Positions 60,756-64,000 of a DNA stretch of 64,000 nucleotides are shown here, one piece after another. Made by a program: the position numbers and the translations under genes. Numbering within the stretch: the first letter of the stretch is position 1; each line of letters begins with the position of its first letter. Origin of the DNA: Marsupella aquatica (lineage: Eukaryota; Plantae; Marchantiophyta); the NCBI GenBank assembly GCA_973895155.1, contig OZ316893.1, positions 6,782,963 through 6,846,962 of the forward strand, written 5' to 3'. The notes beneath the pieces were generated by a model that searched no databases, was not told the DNA's origin, and saw only the letters and a list, made by a program, of their open reading frames with translations.

Positions 60756-63700
60756 ATACCAAGGGATCGGCATACAAGCCGATTACGAGGGCAAAACAAA
60801 TTGAGGCCCTATTAGAAGCCGAGAGAGCACAGCGGCCTAACTCTCAGGAGCAAGAGGTGGATGAGATGGACAGACACGATCTAGAGCCAAGGCAGGAAGG
60901 GGAGCCGACCACTAATTCAAAACCGAATAGACCGGTAAGGGGATAATCTATGGACACCAAGGAAGGGACCGACTCGGCTAGTCCAGCCGAGATCCCAGTT
61001 TATGGAGGTATGAGATTAGAGAGACTGGAAGCCGAACTGGACCCGAATTTGAAGAAGCAGATTAATATGATCCAAGCACGGCAATATCGGAAGCTCGACT
61101 TAGGAGAGGGAAGAGAACTGAACTTAGGGAGAAACCTAGCACCTGAGCTCGAGAAAGAGATCAGTGACTTATTGATTGAATTTCAGGATGTGTTTGCATG
61201 GAGTCACCAAGATCTAAAGGGAGTAGATCCAACACTAGGGGAACATCGAATTGATCTCATGTTAGGAGCCAAATCATTTCGACAACCAATTCGAAGGATG
61301 AACCCGAAGTATTCCCTGCTGGTCAAAACAGAAATCGACAAACTAGTGGAAGCTGGATTCATCACTCCAGTCCTGCATTCAGACTGGGTGTCTCCAATTG
61401 TGATAGTTCCCAAGAAAGCTGGACCCGATGGTAAACCCAAGATCCGGGTTTGTCAGGATTACAGGAAGCTGAATGAAGCAACATTAAAAGACCATTTTCC
61501 TTTACCGTTTACTGATATGGTACTAGACATGGTAGCCAGTCATGAACTATATTCATTCATGGATGGATACTCTGGTTATAACCAAATCAAGATTCGGCAG
61601 GAAGACCAAATCAAGACGGCCTTCATCACGGAATGGGGGATCTATGTCTTCAATCGTATGCCGTTTGGACTCTGCAACGCACCAGCTATGTTCCAACGAT
61701 TAATGGTGAACATTTTTCATGATTACTTGAGAAAGTTCATGGAAATCTTCATTGATGACTTTGCAGTATTCGGGAAGGCATCGAAACATGCTAAATACCT
61801 CAGGAAAACCTTCATGAGATGTAGAGAGGTGGGTCTCAAGTTACACCCAGATAAATGTTTTTTTGCAGTAACCGAGGGGGTGCTACTAGGTCACAAGGTA
61901 TCAAGGACGGGCATTGAGATTGACAAAGGTAAGCTAGCAGTATGGCTAGATATCATGCAACCTAAGAACATAAAGGATGTAAGATCCTTCTTGGGATGCA
62001 TTGGTTACTATCGCCGGTTCATCAAGGATTTTGCCAAGCTGGCTTTACCATTAACCAATATGCTCAAGGCAGGAGCAGACTTCGAACCCACACCCGAACG
62101 AGTCACAGCGGTGGTAGAATTGAAGCAGATGTTAGTAGAGGCCCCAGTCATGATAGCACCGGACTGGAACAAAGATTTTCATGTTTTTGTAGATGTCTCG
62201 GGCTTCTGTATTGGCTCAGTACTAAGTCAGTTGGATGAGAAAGGAAGGGACCATCCCATATACTTCGCAAGCCGTCAGCTTGCCGATGCCGAACGGAACT
62301 ACTCTACCACGGAAAGAGAAGCATTAGGAGTCATTTATTCTTGTAAAAAGTTTAGGCATTATTTACTAGGGTACAAGGTAATCTTTCATACTGATCATGA
62401 AAGTTTGAAGTACCTAGTCAATAAGCCGGACCTTACAGGCAGAGTAGCAAGATGGATTTTGCTATTACAGGAGTTTGACTATGAGCTGAGGATCAAGCCG
62501 GGAAAGTTACATGCCAATGCCGACTTCTTTTCAAGGATCACAGGTAAACCTGCCACGGATTGCATCGATGATCGATTCCCCGACGAGGAGCTATTCGTTG
62601 TGGAAATAGCTGGTACATGGTACCCTGAGATTTTACAATTTCTCAGCACTTCCAGATTACAGCCAGGATTAAGCCGAGAGCAAGCCGCAGTCTTTGTACG
62701 GAAGGTCAGACAGTATCAGTGCATTAAAGGCATACTGCACAAGCATGGAATCAACGGCACGATTCAAAGATGTTTGGAAAAGAGAGAGGTAAAACGAGTC
62801 CTACGGGCCATGCATGGAGAGGAGGCCGGAGGACATTTTGCCCCAGTAACCACGTCTAAGAAGATATTAAATGCCGGTTACTGGTGGCCCACCTTGCACA
62901 AAGATGTCTATCAGTTTATCAAACAATGCGATCCTTGTCAACGAGCGGGAGGACCAAGGGCGTCCACCAGGCATCCACTGCACCCTATTCTACCTCTGGC
63001 ACCATTCGAGAAGTGGGGTATTGATTACATTGGACCTCTGAAACCACTGACCCACCCTCGACGGAACAAGTACATAATCCTGGCTACGGATTATGCAACT
63101 AAATGGGTAGAGGCCAGACCAACAACGAAGGATGATGCAATTACTACGGCTAGATTCATGTATGAGCAGATCTTCACCAGGTATGGAGCACCCCTAGAAT
63201 TAGTTAGTGATAGAGGAACCCATTTTTTGAATGATATAATTAGTCGTTTAAATGAGCAGTATTTAGTTAAACATAGGCCTACTACTCCCTACCATCCAAA
63301 GGCAAACGGGTTGACAGAACGAGCAAACGGAATCATAGGAAAGATATTGAACAAGACAGTAGCTCAGAACAAACTCGATTGGGATGATAAATTGTTTGCT
63401 GTTGTTTTTGCTTACAATCTTGCCTATAAATCCACTACCGGTCATACACCCTTCTTCTTAACCTTTGGACAAGAAGCCCTGGTACCCATGCAACTTGAGA
63501 TACTGACATTTCAAGTTACAATTGAGGAAAGAGCCTCAGCGGAGGAGAGCCTAAAGGAGCGAGAATATAGGTTAGAAGCTTTAGAGGAAGCGAGAATGAT
63601 TTCAGCCGAGAGAGTAGAATATAGACAGAATATCATGAAGCAGCAGTATGATAAAAGGTTAAAAGTAGTTAGTATTCATACCGGTGATCTTGTGCTACTT

Positions 63701-63928
63701 TATGACAGTAGGTATAGTAGGTTTCCAGGAAAGCTTTACACTCGCTGGTTAGGACCCTTTAGAGTAACCATGATGTTCCCCAATGGCTCCGTACAATTGG
63801 CCAACATTACGGGAGAGGTATATCCAGTTCGCATCCATTATGACCGCCTCAAGAAATACTATATGGACGAAGATGAAGTTGTTCGCGAGGACGCTTCACA
63901 ATTAAGTGGGGAGCTATGTGATGCCTAG
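60662..63928 (+). pseudogene. pol: pol (RT-RH-INT) of copy B with premature TAA at 60944-60946
   Basis: CAA in copy A (3464-3466) is TAA here; the remaining 992 aa are open. Confidence 0.88.
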
Positions 63929-64000
63929 ACAGGAATCACTCGGCCGGTTAACTGGGTAAAGCAGGAAGGCACCCTAGGAACACCTTAGTATAGTGACAAA

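Larger units (their letters stand above)
55988..64000 (+). mobile_element. Athila-like Ty3/Gypsy element, copy B (3' LTR starts at 63917 and runs off the window)
   Basis: Internal region is colinear with copy A at a constant offset of 57,480 with few substitutions; expected TSD CTTCT (55983-55987). Confidence 0.94.

Noticed and set aside
57481-64000. Assembly duplication of 1-6520
   Set aside because: The copies differ by scattered substitutions, have different stops, and sit in different flanking contexts, consistent with independent insertions.

Overview
Eukaryotic land-plant nuclear DNA, probably a non-seed plant such as a bryophyte (inference from gene and TE style), dominated by nested transposons. 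The main family is an Athila-like (non-chromovirus) Ty3/Gypsy retrotransposon with very long (~4.6-4.7 kb) LTRs, each containing its own ~1,100-aa ORF. The window holds two near-identical full elements (<1-11063 and 55988->64000), two solo LTRs with perfect 5-bp TSDs, and one inverted LTR interrupted by another copy. Gag-protease and RT-RNaseH-integrase overlap in the -1 frame at a G_GAU_UUU slippery site followed by a predicted pseudoknot. The family has inserted into a second Gypsy element whose integrase ends in a PHD finger, and into a probable DNA-transposon-like region. That region carries a decayed, intron-containing gene joining a ParB-like domain to a prokaryote-type N4C/N6A DNA methyltransferase-like domain, plus about 14 copies of a 15-bp palindrome (TAGCGC-NNN-GCGCTA). 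The host island has a truncated plastid S1-domain/EF-Ts polyprotein gene, an intact 5-exon DCC-family oxidoreductase gene, Copia remnants, MITEs and a small plastid 16S rRNA fragment. All calls come from reading the sequence; no database searches were run.
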